The notes beneath the pieces were generated by a model. That model did no database searches and was not told the origin of the DNA. It worked only from the letters and a program-made list of their open reading frames with translations. A stretch of DNA of 64,000 nt, taken from contig NC_134473.1 in the NCBI RefSeq assembly GCF_964194025.1, positions 65,162,001 to 65,226,000 of the forward strand, written 5' to 3'. Origin of the DNA: Convolutriloba macropyga (lineage: Eukaryota). The position numbers and the translations under genes were made by a program. Below, in pieces: positions 1 to 13,087 of this stretch (positions are counted from its first letter, which is position 1; each line of letters opens with the position of its first letter).

Positions 1-339
1 ATATTGAAGACCAGATTATTAGAGTTTCTAAAAAGAGAAACAGTTTAAAAGAAGAAATAATAGACAAGGAAGTAGCTTGTGGGATCACATTTTGTGAAAC
101 ATTGACGCGATTTGGTGTTGCAGTATGTTCCAAAGGAACAGAAGTAGAGGCTGCCAGATGCCTCTTGATAGTCAATTATGCTGAAAATTTTATTATGTCA
201 GGTCAGAAGATACTACTTGCTCAGCTAAAAACCTAGTTGACAAAAGCATAAACACTAAATGAGCTTTGGAAAACCTCTCTGGCAGTAGACAGAGAAGCAA
301 AATCCTAGAACAGTTTCTTTGTGTGGCCTATAAAAGAAC

Positions 340-2480
340 TGTAGCGCTAATGGAAGATAAAAATTGCAGGTAAAATACTCAAGAGTTCATTCATTGGAGT
401 TTCAGATGGCACTGGAGCGTATTTATTGCACACATGTATACAAGAGAAGTTTTTCCTATAAATTCATTACTTAACGAGAATAGTAAAAAGATTTTCCAGT
501 CAGACCTGAAAAAGGAAAAAAAATTATTTCATTTCCGACTTATATTAAGCTTAAGATTATAAAAAAGCTGAATGGAAATCAAGGCCTCAGATGATAGGCA
601 GTTAGATTGAACAGCGATTCCCACAGTACACAAGCATAAGATTTTACTCAGAAGAAGAAGAAGAATAACGAATGAATGTAAAAACCAACTAACTAGATCC
701 CAAGTAAGAAAAAGAAACTCCCTGTAGCACCTAAATGTTTCGTTTAGTCAGAGCAAAATAGTGAAAAAAGTAGTTAGTTAAAAGAAAAGCTCAGACTAAG
801 GCCAAGTGCAAGCAGATAAAAATTAATATCAGGAGCTCTCAAAATGTCTACATAAGCAACATTTAGAGAAAAGCACTCACGACTACTATCTATTCCAAAA
901 ACAAACGAAAATAAAAATTGTTAATATTAAAGATGGTTGACGGTTTAGATGCAGCCGGAAGTAGAGGAACAGAAGAACGCCAAAAAAAGAGATGTTCAAA
1001 GTTCAAAGAGATCGGCAAATAAATTTGGATGTTTTCAAGGGATCAGAATTCTACCATTAAGATGAAGAATATTACTACATCATGAAAAATTTAACGAAAT
1101 ACAAGAAGAGTATAAAACCTAAGATTGTAAACACAGCATTGTACACCTAAGGCCAGAAGCAGCACAGCAGTCCTAAGTACGTGTGATTGCATAAAAAGTT
1201 GATCGTTAAATAGGTTTGGTGCTTTGCCCTGCAAAGCAAACTAGACGCAACATGGTTTGGATCTCAAAAATTTTTTGTTATCCGGAACTGCTCATTTCGT
1301 TGGGCCTTTTTGGTAAACTTGGGCTGGTATATCTGAAAACAAAAACGCAATCTCATAAAATATTTTTCAATCTATTAACAGCAGCGTATTAGCTAGCGAA
1401 ACAGATTCACGCTGTAGGAAGGGGTTTGAGGCTAATGATAGGCGTCTTAGTACAGGGCATTCAATCATATTGGGATCCGTTGACAATCATTTGGTTAAAA
1501 ACCGTGAACTAAGTGAAAAAGCAATAAAGATTATCATTTTCATCTATTTAAGCCCAGTACTAAGTCTCAGCAGCATCCGTTTAGGAAGCAGTCTTCTTCT
1601 CTGGCATTCTAATGAGCTAGAGCACAAACAGTACGAGCCCGCAACTATTTGAACTGACAAACAATCATGTTGCTTGAATAGAAAGTCAAAATTGAGGATA
1701 AAACTTTCAAGAGTTCGTTCATTGGAGATTCAGATAGCACTGGAGCCTGTTTATTGCACAAATGTAAACAGGAGAAATTTTTCTTCAAAAAAATTATTAC
1801 TTAACGAGAATAGTACAACAGATTTGCCAGTCAGACCTGAAAAAAAAGAAAAAAAAATTACTTCCTGACTTAGAAGAAGCTGAAGAAGAGCTTTAGATTA
1901 TTATTGGCTCAGGTCAGTTTAGTTCAATGTTAGAAGAAGCTGAAACAGTGTATATTCAGGAAAACTAGAAAAGCACTGATGTTGATGCTCAACAAGAAGT
2001 TAACGAAGCAAAAACATGTCCAAATTTTAATTGAAAAACACCAAAAGCAACAAAGTTTTTGTAGATTTTTAATAGAAAAAAGTATTAGCAACTTCAACAG
2101 AACAAAAGCGAAAAGCGTTAAAAAAACATGTATATTTGTCAAAAAACTGAAACGAAATCAAGGCCTCAGATGATAGGCAGTTCGATTGAACAGCCGTTCC
2201 CACAGTAGACGAGCAAAAGATGCAGTTTTACTCAAAATACGAAGAAGAACGGATGAATGTAAAAACCAACTAATTACATCCCAATTGAGAGGAAAAATTA
2301 TAAATGGAGCAATTCAAAAGTTTCAATCAGTAAGTTCATAATAGTGAAAAATGTAGTAAGTTAAATTAAAAATTCAAATTATGGCCAAAGTCAAGGAGAT
2401 AAAAGTAAAGAACATGTGCTCTCAAACTTTTGACATGAGCAAAGTTTTTAAAAAAGCAAGCACGACTACTATCATAAAAC
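340..2480. repeat. Old diverged direct duplication (~340-900 vs ~1670-2480; second copy has an extra ~280 bp insert)
   Basis: Shared blocks such as CAAGAGTTC.TTCATTGGAG.TTCAGAT.GCACTGGAGC, TTACTTAACGAGAATAGTA, GAAATCAAGGCCTCAGATGATAGGCAGTT and CACGACTACTATC occur in both copies in the same order. Boundaries are approximate. Confidence 0.75.
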
Positions 2481-4861
2481 TGTAATAAAGGTATTTAATT
2501 TGAAATGACATTCAGAGTTACACAAAACTTGCAATTATTCTAGTGCTCAGCTATCTACATTTAACACATTGACAAAAAGGAGACTTTAATCAGAAAACGA
2601 GTTGACGACAACTCAGTGGAGCTGATCTACACGCTAATCGATTTGATTTTAGCTGAACTATTCCTTGTGAACTATCACAAATGAAACTGGATAAACATCA
2701 AGCAAAACTTTTGTGTGAAACTAAATCTTTACATAGCGGCAAGAGTAAGTGTGGGGTCTTGATGCGTGGAAAAGACTTTAGACTACATTTTAGAGTGTGC
2801 GCGTTTTAAGGTTGTTAGAAAACTCAAAAATATACATCTCAGTTTATAACGAGAACTACAGATTATAATTTAGAAACTGAATATGAATAAGTTTTAGCGG
2901 CCAATTATTCAAATTTTGATATTTTCTTACTGTTGTTTAATCAATCTACTTTTTTGAACTATTTCAAGTGATTAAGATCATTGCCTTTAAATATTTTGAT
3001 AAAGCACCCGCTGATGCGCCTCAAAAATGCTAACAAAATGTTAATCGTTTCTCAAAAGTAACTTGTAAATATTAAGCTTTTTCAAACTATAAATACGACC
3101 ATATTTTTCTTTTCATTTTTTTTTCTTTTTGATTATCATAACTCAATTGATCATAATCTGCAAATCTTAATTTATCATTGTTCTTGTGAGCCGGAACAGA
3201 TTCAATTTCTAAAGTCCAATAACTCTTATGGCCTCAGTGGGTCTATTGCGCTACCGTGTCCTTATTCCTTCTAACAATTTTCAAAATTAGCACGTGCGCC
3301 TTGCGACATCACAGTGATATGCCCAAAAAAGGGGGCGGAACAAAATATATCCAAAAAAATAACATGTGAAAAAAAATAATCGAAAACAACTAACGATCTT
3401 CAGCTGTCTGGTGTTCTTCGTCTGTCATTATTGTGCTGGTTTTGCTGGTAAATATTGAACGTTGAAAAAATTTACTATTTTGTTTGTGACCATATGACGT
3501 TTGTGACCAGAATAACAAATAAAAATGAGCAAACGGCACACATGCATTAAACAAAACAAAACTGCTGTAACAGCCGTAAAATTATCAACACATAATTTGA
3601 AAAACTTTCTGTGAAGTCTGTTTTTATTACTGTCGTAATATCTCGAAGCGAGATACAATTTCACACTTTGATGATCAATTTGCCGCGTTTTTTGTATTCT
3701 TTGGTTCGTAGTTGCGTTAATAAAAAGTAAAGTATCGTTTTTGTGATTAATCTTTATTAATCAAAGATAGAAATTGGGCCAATTTTGCAAAACTTAACAT
3801 CACATATCGAGAAAGAACTGCCAAGTGGTCGAGATTTATATGCCAAGAATGTTGTCATAGAATGCGCACTTTCATTTTAAACATATTTGGCTTTCAGAGA
3901 AACAAAAATTTTACGTCTATACCGAGAATCACCTGCCTTGTTGCTGTTGTAAGTACAATATTTAATTTTTTCTTTAAAAAATTGTGGTAAATGATTAAGC
4001 ATTAATGTCAAAAACACCTGGGAATATTAAATTAGGATAGTTTTTCAAATACTATAAAATTCGTCTGTATTTCTGTTCGAGGAAGAATTGTTAATTACAT
4101 ATTCATACATTTAAAATATTTCTGAGAAAGAGGTGCCTGAATCAACAAAACAGTTAAACCAATCTTGAATAACCCTTGGCAGGATTCACAAAATCTTGGT
4201 ATAAAAAAATAATTTGTTACAATTAATTATTTTTTCTTACCATTAGGAAGAATCTTATTAATACCTTATCAAGTTATTTTAGGAATTTTTGGTTCTCAGA
4301 GAACATTGTTTCGTCATATTTTTTTCGCAGCTGGTTCGGTCAATCATAACTTTATCCATTCAATCTCTCATGCTCTTATAAAGCCCATGTGTAAGTAAAA
4401 CTTAAACACCCGCTTTTCAATTTCAGTTTCCACTTCAGGGGCGTCAAAAGGGGGGGGGGGGTTAAAGGATCTATATGCTTTACTGGATTTTTTCTTCATT
4501 AAATTTTTAACGACCGATTTACTTAAAGTAGAAAGACCTGAGTGGTATCAACAAAAAGCTTATCGGTTGTCGATGTTTTCTGGAAGATAAATTGTAATGC
4601 GTATTTTTCGAGGTTTTGTGAACATTTGGTAGGCTGTCACCAAATTCGTTTAACATATTTCTTAAACTGAGTGCAGATTTTTGTTTGTTAAGCTTTTTCA
4701 AAGCAATTGGATCGTTTTATCTACGATTTTTCTTTACAACAAATAAAAGTAAGCTGGGAACCAGTTCCGTACCGAACGCCAAGCCAATATCAGTACTGGG
4801 CAAGTCTAATTCCAAGTCTAGGCATCAGTACTGATTCAGAGCTATAATCATAACACATTTA

Positions 4862-5100
4862 AGACTTGTCAGACTTGGCTAAAACTTGGCAAGTTTTAAT
4901 CCAAGTCTTGGCCAAGACTTGCCAAGTCTGAATCCAAGTCTTGGCCAAAACTTGCCAAGTCTTAATCCAAGTCTTGGCCAACACTTGCCAAGTCTGAATC
5001 CAAGTCTTGGCCAAAACTTGCCAAGTCTTAATCCAAGTCTTGGCCAAGACTTGCCAAGTCTTAATCCAAGTCTTGGCCAAGACTTGCCAAGTCTTAATCT
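4862..5100. repeat. 33-bp minisatellite (~7 copies) with a 20-bp palindromic consensus core CAAGTCTTGGCCAAGACTTG
   Basis: The unit CCAAGTCTTGGCCAAGACTTGCCAAGTCT(T/G)AAT is directly visible. It produces the spurious 11-aa-periodic ORFs on both strands. Confidence 0.95.
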
Positions 5101-5109
5101 AAGTTTTAA

Positions 5110-5230
5110 TGGCCGAAAAAAACGTCAAAAATAGCCGAAAAAAACGTCAAAAATGATCGAAAAAACGTCAAAAATAGACAAAAAAAGTCAAAAATAGCCG
5201 AAAAAATCGTCAAAAATGGCCGAAAAAAAT
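5110..5230. repeat. ~21-bp A-rich tandem repeat (GCCGAAAAAAACGTCAAAAATA-like, ~5 copies)
   Basis: Directly visible tandem units. Confidence 0.85.
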
Positions 5231-7702
5231 TATACATTTGGCTTATCTGAAAAGTACATAAATTTTGTGATTTCGGTTATTTTAGGCGCTGAAACGGCTG
5301 AAAAATGGCTGAAAACGGCCCAAAACACCTGAAAAACCCTATTAGTGCTTAAATACCCTCAATAGACCCCCTGGGGTGCTAATATACAATTTGGTATGCC
5401 CCCCGCATCATTTTATAGCACCCCTGGAATGTGTCCAAAAAGTGATGCCAAAATATTGGCACGCTGCGAAATTTTATTGAATTCAAAAGTTTCACTCGAA
5501 ATTTTTTTAGAAGTTGGTTTTGACATGGGAATCAACTTGCAAGCGTTACCCAAGTCTTGGACAAGACTTGTCAGACTTTTCAGATTTTTTTTGAGACTTG
5601 CCCAGTACTGGAAAACGAATTAGGACTTGTATTTAGAAATGCCTAGTACTGAATTAGACTTGTAGTTTGGTACGGTATTTAGACAGCTATGGAAATTTTT
5701 GGGTCTTAGATGCAATTCTGACCTGTTTCTCTTGAACTGCCATTTTAAAACTTATTTACCTCAAATACTTTTTTTTTCGTTTTCAATTTTTTCTAGTCAG
5801 CGGAATGTTTAATTTAATTTTCTTTTGCTTTTTTCAGTGTACTTTTAACAAGTGCGACTGCTATTTTTCAGTTCTTTTTGCAAGCAGCTGTTTTCTTTCT
5901 CTTTTGTTTTTTTGACCGTTTCAGAAGTTCCTTGCCTTTAACTAAGCAAGTTTCTTGATTCTGTTCTTTAGAGGAAACACTATATGCTTGCTACGGCACT
6001 CTTTTAACAAAATGAAAAATTTTCTTATTTGTTTTAATAGGTTGTGATTTTTCTGCCATGTTTCTGTTGTTGTTTAGTGTAGTGGGTGGTGTCTTAAATG
6101 TGTTGCACATGATGTTGCACTTTTATAAAAATGTCTGCAGAACACTTTACTTCACATCATAAGTTATAGAAAGGCTTCTAAAATTTATGAAAACAGAAAA
6201 AATGTAGAAATGTACTTTTTCTGTCCTTCACTTTATAACTCAAGAGTTTCTGCTTCTTACAGAGTGTCGAACTTAACTTTTTAATAAATACAATCAGAAG
6301 TTTTTCTGAAAAATTAATTGATTTTTTTTGCTAATTATGCTCAGCTCCGGAGTCTAATGTATGTTTTATTTCTTAGCAAGATCTGTTTGCTTTTTTGACA
6401 ATTTGATATCAGTAAGAAATGAATTTGGGGCACTGATCTCAGTCACAACGGAGCTGTTAAAACATGAAAAGATAAATTAGTTATTTACCTTAAAACATTT
6501 CATGCTATTTTTTAAGCAGAATGCCAAATCTATATCTTAGCAATTGTTTAGAAAATTTGTAAGTTACTCAATTTGAACGCGTCTTCTATAATTTGTTTTG
6601 GAATTTGTTTGCTGATGCCTCTTAAAAGGAAGTGGCATCAAAATATTTTGACTTTTGATTATTAATGAGTGATAGATTAATTAGTTTAATCATTTTGAGC
6701 GACGGCTCACGGTTTTATTGACTTTGTCATGATGTGTTTTCGTAAGTTAATAGTGAATTCTTCAGCTTTTGCCTGTATTTGTTGCTCTAGAAAGCTAAAG
6801 ATGAGACTTTTGAAAGTTTCCATTTGTTTGGTTTCTATCAAATTGAATTCACTTGTTTTCGAAAAAATTCGACTTTTCCAATTTTGCCTGCGTCTGTTGT
6901 TCGGTTTTATTCGGTCTCAATAATAGTTATCATCATAATATTTGAGCGGCTCGAAAAATAATAATAATATTGCAGCGAATTGGCACCACAATGGGGATAT
7001 ATTCACGATGTTTTGCTGATTTCCCATTTTTTTCTGTAAGTTATCATGAAGTTGAATCATATCGTTACAAGTCGTGGCGAATTAAGCTTGGGGTGTAAAA
7101 AACAGAACATTTTGGTGTTTTTTTTATTCAGGGTCATAGTTGAGCTATAAATCAGTTTTTGCAGCAACTTCAAAACTTTTTGATATTTTAACGTTACGAT
7201 AAAATTGAAAAAATTCTTTTTTTTCGAATTCTTCGACATATTTTTATTTGTGTTCACTACACATTTCATCATTTTGTTTGCAATAACAAGGGAAAGTTAA
7301 TTCAACATCTTTGTCAAAAAGTCCGCTTTGACCTCTAATTTAGAGAAAGATGAGTGAAGATTGAGAACGAGAGGGGTGGGACCATTATATGCTTTTTCTT
7401 CATAAAATGTGAAAACTACAATTAAGCCATTCTCTCACGGGAACAATAAGTTGATTTTTCCCAGTTATTTTACACGATCAGGTATTCCCGGGGAACCTTT
7501 TCAAGGAATTCTTGGCACATACCAAATTTTTCCCGTTTTTTGTAACATTTCCCACGCGTAATATCTAGTGGGAATTGGAATTTTTTGGGATGTGCAAATT
7601 GAGGTTAATTTAGGTAAGGTGTCTGTTTTGTTTTAAATTTTACAGCCAGGCAACAAGGAGCAAAGGAAGTGCTCTAGCCAACCAATCAAAATTGAGTTTA
7701 CG

Positions 7703-10700
7703 ATGGGTGATCATGAGTGTGGGATTTGCGCGGGCTTCTTGGACAACATTTTCCAGTTAGAATGTGGACACCAATTTCATGCTGCATGCGTGGACTTCCT
7801 TCTGAAGAGGCCGGATCCAAAATGCATAACATGCAAGACGCCCATTGGATTAAATGATGTGAACAAACTGAGGAATAGATGCTTACAGGTAACTTATATT
7901 TCGGGATCAATTCTGTTTTTTACGCCCCCCCCCGTTACAATTTATATGTTGTTATATAGCACGTTACTGTGCAAAAAATAACACGGGCGTTGTTATGTTA
8001 AAAAAAATACGACCTGGAGTCGTAGAAGATACAAGCCCATTAAGCTGGGGGGGGGGGCAAACAGAATAGATCCATATTTCGTTAAGTTTTTCAGTTAAAT
8101 CTTTGTTCTGCGGCCTAAGAAGCATAGTGCAGTTTAAAAATCATCTAATTTTAAGCCTCAGCAGCTATTATAGCATGTATTACCTCCCAGAAGAAGTGTT
8201 GCAAATCAAAATTAGATAGGATTTAACCGTATTGTGCAACGTCATTTTTGTTTTTTTTTTCAATTATTTTTTTATAGAGCGTTTTAAATTTTGATAAGAA
8301 ATAGCAAAACTTTGGGAAATCTCAGAAATTACATAAACTTAGACCGGAGTACTGGTAGTTTTTGGGATTATGAAGAAGTATGCCCATTGGGGAATGACAA
8401 TACTTGATTTTGGGGATGACAACTATAGAGATCCCCAGTTATCGTACCCTGAAAAAGAATAATATCCTAGTACTCCTGATAGTGTCACAATGCATTACTG
8501 TCTACTTGACAACATGGTTGTACACGCCTCAATGAGTGCTCTACGGGAGGCTGTAAACAACACTTAAGAGTTTGAACTGCACTTGCAAATTTTCTGCGTG
8601 AGTATTCCTACGGAGAACGCCGGTAGATCCGAACCGGCGCAGAGCAGACGGCCATAAAATGAGACATATTCTAATTAGACTCCAATTCCTATCTTCTTAA
8701 ATTTCGTATCCGGTGAAGGAAAAGCTTCACGAATTGATATCTTAGTACAATTGAGCAAATTGTAACTCAATTCGAAATGGAAAACAACCTTTCAGCGTAC
8801 TCTCAGATGCTTAACCACTAAATAATATTAAACGCACTTCGCCAGACCAACAATCTGCTAATCCAAAGTGACAAGGAAAGTATGAACAACCCGAAGAGGC
8901 ACTGTCGTCTTCTGAATTTCGACCAGGCCAACAGTGAGGGGACTCTGTTGCCCAGAAGATCGATCAGACAAACTATAACAAACACTATATTTTGTTACTC
9001 TGCTAGTTTCCCTCCTTCACTCGTTGTTGCAACTTAGCATCAATAAGACCTTTAGTAACGATTCTGGTGTTATTAACAGCAGAGGTAAGAAAATAACTTG
9101 CATTTTATTGGAAAGAACAATCAACGCAATTTATAAAAGTAATTCGAACAATAATAACACAATATCAGAGGTTCACCTCCCAATTGAATTTAACTAAAAT
9201 GCTCACAGTATCCCAACTGGTCTTGCACTTACATTTTTTCCAAGTTCGGTCTCACTGAAGTAACACTTTTCCAGGTTTTGCGGCTAAATTCGGCTTGGCA
9301 AGTTGAATTGATCGGTTATCGATCAAAAGCACTTTGCTATTACTCGCTCTTGATCACAACAACTCACTCTCCAAAATGATTTTCAGCTTTAAACTCTGGA
9401 TTCTATAGTTTAGTCCTGCTAAATCAACCGCTGTCGAGCTCAATTTTTTTCTGTCTTGCAGAACCACTCTCTAACGCAACGCTAATAACTCTGTCTCCAC
9501 GTGGAGTGCTTCCATTTATATTTAACCAACAGGCTCTCATCTTGCGTAAACAAAACATAGTCTTTTAATTAGACTTTGTTTCTTGCTGTCGAAATCTGTC
9601 TCATTCCCTAGAAGGGCTCGGCCTACTGTCCGAGCAAATCATTGTCCAATTACGCTCTGTCATCCAACTGCTGCCAGCAATGGTTCAATTCCACCTTATC
9701 CTAACTAACCAACATTTTGACTCCTATGTGAACAAACACTGTTTGCTTTTTAAATACTTCGCGTTGCTTTGAACTCTCCTATCGCTCCCCTTCCCCTTTA
9801 CAAACCAACCAGCAGTAATCAACCCCTGTCAACATCAATGCGCTGGTGGATCACTCTACTTAGCCTGAAAACGAAGAGAATTTGGTATTCCCTATGTTTA
9901 AACCTTTTCATGCATTTCCTCAAACAAAAAAAACAGCCGAAAATCAAAATTCCTCAAAAACGCAGAAGTTTTACCTTTGGGGTCAATCAGGCGTCAATTT
10001 GTTCAGACTAGGTGTCAAGTTGGTAAAAGTAACTAACTCCAGTTGCGGAAAGTCCAACTACATTTGCGTCTACCCAAAAAATTTCATGAGCTAACTTTTA
10101 ATAGGACACGAGCAGTGAAAGCACACATGTCTCGTGGGTGTTCCGCTGTGGGCCCAAATTCAAAACGACATAACCCGTGTTTTTTGGTGCCAAAAAATTA
10201 TCCTAGCGTTACCCACTCTCAGTCTTTTGCGTTTGAAATTCATTTGTCAACGGGTCGTGAGTGCTGAAAACTGAATTAATGGATTTTGTGAGAAGTGACC
10301 GGGATAGGAGTATTTTGCCACTCCCGAGTGCGACTTCTGTTTGGACCCGGAAATTTGAAAAAGCACCAATAGAAAACCTTTAAAATATACAGTAACACTC
10401 CAAGAATCATAAGGCTACTACCAATAATACACGGGCAACTCAAATTTTTCCTCCCGCAGTACCTGCATGCAATATTTCCGTGGGGGATGATCTGAGCTCA
10501 AATCCGAATTCAAGTTTGTCTTCCCCGCATCAAATTAATCTCTCCCCCAATTTTCAGGTCAATCCAACTTCAACTTTTCGAGAAATTACTATTTCAGCTT
10601 AGCTGCTATTCAACTTTCTCACAAAATTGCATATTTACAGTAAAAAATCCAATAACACATCCTGGCCCTTTCTCATGACCGTCCAATGCAATACCATAAA

Positions 10701-13087
10701 CATACGTTCTTTTGCACCTCTTCAATACCCTCGTTTGGCACTTAAACAGCCATTTTCCATTCAAAATAATAAAAATCTTCAAATCACACAAATTCGGGTG
10801 ATAATCACTCAGGCATGGGTTGTCGGATTGGCTCGAAAATTATACCAGCTCGATAGGATTTTTGAGGGTATATGTCCTTAATTGGGTTCACGTCCGATTA
10901 AAATGACTACTCCTGGACCAGGTCGGTAGGATTTTGGACGGGGTACTCTTTTAGTGCTTTGAGTCAATTAAACAACTCTACTAAACCCCTATGTCCTAAT
11001 TTGCCTCAAATAATTGGTGGCACTTAATTTCAAATAATGTGGATTCTAAAAATACTTTGAAATCATACACTTCTTCCAATCTGGGCTTTAGTTTATTTTC
11101 ATTAAACTACTACATAGGTTTCTTTCTGCTTGGGGTAGTTTCTTCACTTCAAATTCGCTCGCATGCATCTTTGACGTCTGAAATCCCCCCAGCATATATA
11201 CGTATTCCTTTAATGATTTCTCAGAAGATTGGGTAGAGCTGGAACTTTATTCAGGACTGCAGAGAAATCAACTGTGAACAGTTGTCCTCAGTGCCAATGT
11301 TGCCCGAGAGACAGCCGGATCTCTTCTTTTTCCGACCAATATTCCAGAATGGAAAAATATACATGGCACTCGAAATGAACGCACCCGTTGATGGGAACCG
11401 AAAGCGGCTGGAACAGACCGTAACGATTCTTCAGGTTTCACCTTCGGGGGAATATTACATTGAACAGCGTTTCAATTGGCAGAAATTACGAAACGACGGT
11501 AGCCGGCTACTTGCCATCGCCGTATGCGGAAAATCTGTCTATTGCTGTGTCAGATATAGCGACGACAGTTTCGGAGTCGAACAAGTTGTCCCCGACTCTT
11601 TCGAAACAATCACAGAGCAACTGAATTTGAAAGGCCTTAAATTCGACTTATCACAACACGGCCGAATGGACGCTTCAATTCTCGGATCTGGCAATCGGCT
11701 TCTCGTTTTACAGAGAAAATCTTCTACTAAAACCATTGTGTATGTTTGCGAGAACGGGGAATTACTAGCAGAACGTGAAATTGTCCGAAAGTCGAGGACA
11801 TTGGTTCAGCAACAGCAGCAATCGATCACGCGAACTTTCGGCGATTTTCTCCTAATGATTGACATAAACAGCAAAGCTTTGGTTATCGTCCAATGGAAAA
11901 AAGAGGATAAAATCTTGGATGAATTGATTGTGAAAGAATTCGACATCCCGGAACCGTGTCCGATCAAATCTTTCGCGATGTGTGAAATCGAAGCAATACC
12001 ACACCTGGTATTACTAAATGAAGGTTCCAAAAATGTTCTGAAAGTTTACCAGTTGGTGGAGGACGCTGAAAATTTACAGATTGTTTACAAACAACAAGTT
12101 GAGTTGAAAGAAGTGAAACACATGGTTTGTGTGTTTTCCACTCCTAAGGAGGGTCAAATAATTACAATGAACTGTGTGAACTTGTGCTGTTACGAACTGC
12201 GAGTCAAAAAGGAACGTGTTCAAAATGTGGAAACCCGCAAAGAATGCGTCAGCCAATCAGAACCGAGAAAAGGTAACACGAAATGTTGAGTTTCGAAAGT
12301 TCGACATTAATTTACAGACGTGTTTGATTTTTGTTTTTATGATTTTTACCTAGGCTGGGCAAACTGTCCAATTAAAGTGACCATTAAGTACAATTATTTA
12401 ATAAATTAAATGGGAAAAAACACTTCGGCGAAAAAACTGAGAGTCAGAATTAAGAAACAGATTTTAAAATTTATTCTTTTGACTTCTGTTCAGCAGTTTG
12501 ACCTAAACCCTAAGAAATCTTCAATGAATTTTCTAAAATCTTTCATCGGGTCATAAAATTGCCTGCGCTTAAATACGAGCAATTTGGGTTTCTGTTGGCG
12601 GCCATTAAAAACATTTATTTGGTAGGCTGGCGCAATTTGTCTGCGAAGCACAGCTGATGCAAATCACCCTTATTTCGTTTCAGACGCACTTGAAATCGAC
12701 CCTCGTCAGCTGTACAACCGATTCCTGGTTATTGACAACGAGTTCCGCGTGCTTGAATTAAAATTCGAGCAGCTGGAACCGGTTTTATCAATTGGGTACA
12801 GACCTATGATTAAAAGATGTCTGAAAATTCTCGATGAATTTACGAGCACAGCCGTCTCAGCAGTTGCAACTGCAGACAGTAGTGCGGAAAGCGCGAAAGA
12901 GTTGGTCAAACTTCGAAAAGCGGTGACTCAAGCAGAAAATATCTACGGGCTGATAACGTTCCAACTCCCTATGACGTCACAACCATGTCATGGTGTTCCT
13001 CAGGAAACCACTTCTGAAGCGAAACCAGTGCTCTCAAAAATGCAGATTGATTATATCAAGAAGGCATTGGAGAAAATTTCGCTGTGA
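7703..13087 (+). CDS. RING-H2 finger protein (putative E3 ubiquitin ligase) with a large beta-rich central domain; exons 7703-7888, 11255-12272, 12684-13087; ~535 aa from ATG 7703
   Basis: C3H2C3 motif CGIC...CGHQFHAAC...CITC. Donor CAG|GTAACT at 7888 (phase 0) joins acceptor TTTATTCAG|GAC at 11255. Donor AAG|GTAACA at 12272 (phase 1) joins TTTCAG|AC at 12684. All exons are in frame, and AATAAA lies near 13271. An acceptor at 7645 precedes 19 open codons, so the true start may be further upstream. Confidence 0.8.
7904..8073. mobile_element. 170-bp MITE with GG termini and 8-bp TSD (Merlin/MULE-like), in the RING gene intron
   Basis: Terminal inverted repeats (TIRs) GGATCAATTCTGTTT and AAACAGAATAGATCC with poly-C/poly-G subtermini. 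Perfect TSD ATATTTCG at 7896-7903 and 8074-8081. Confidence 0.85.

Larger units (their letters stand above)
4767..5675. mobile_element. Foldback/MITE-like non-autonomous DNA element containing tandem arrays
   Basis: Inverted ends CCGTACCGAAC (4767) and GTTTGGTACGG (5675). Inverted subterminal motifs AGTACTGGGCAAGTCT and AGACTTGCCCAGTACT. No clear TSD. Confidence 0.55.

Noticed and set aside
4859-5134. Repeat-protein ORFs (TWQVLAKTWIK / PSLNPSLGQDL)
   Set aside because: Translation artefacts of the 33-bp minisatellite.
8940-10260. Possible solo LTR in the RING gene intron (minus-strand AATAAA and TATA-like motifs, pyrimidine skew)
   Set aside because: I could not find TG...CA ends with a matching TSD.
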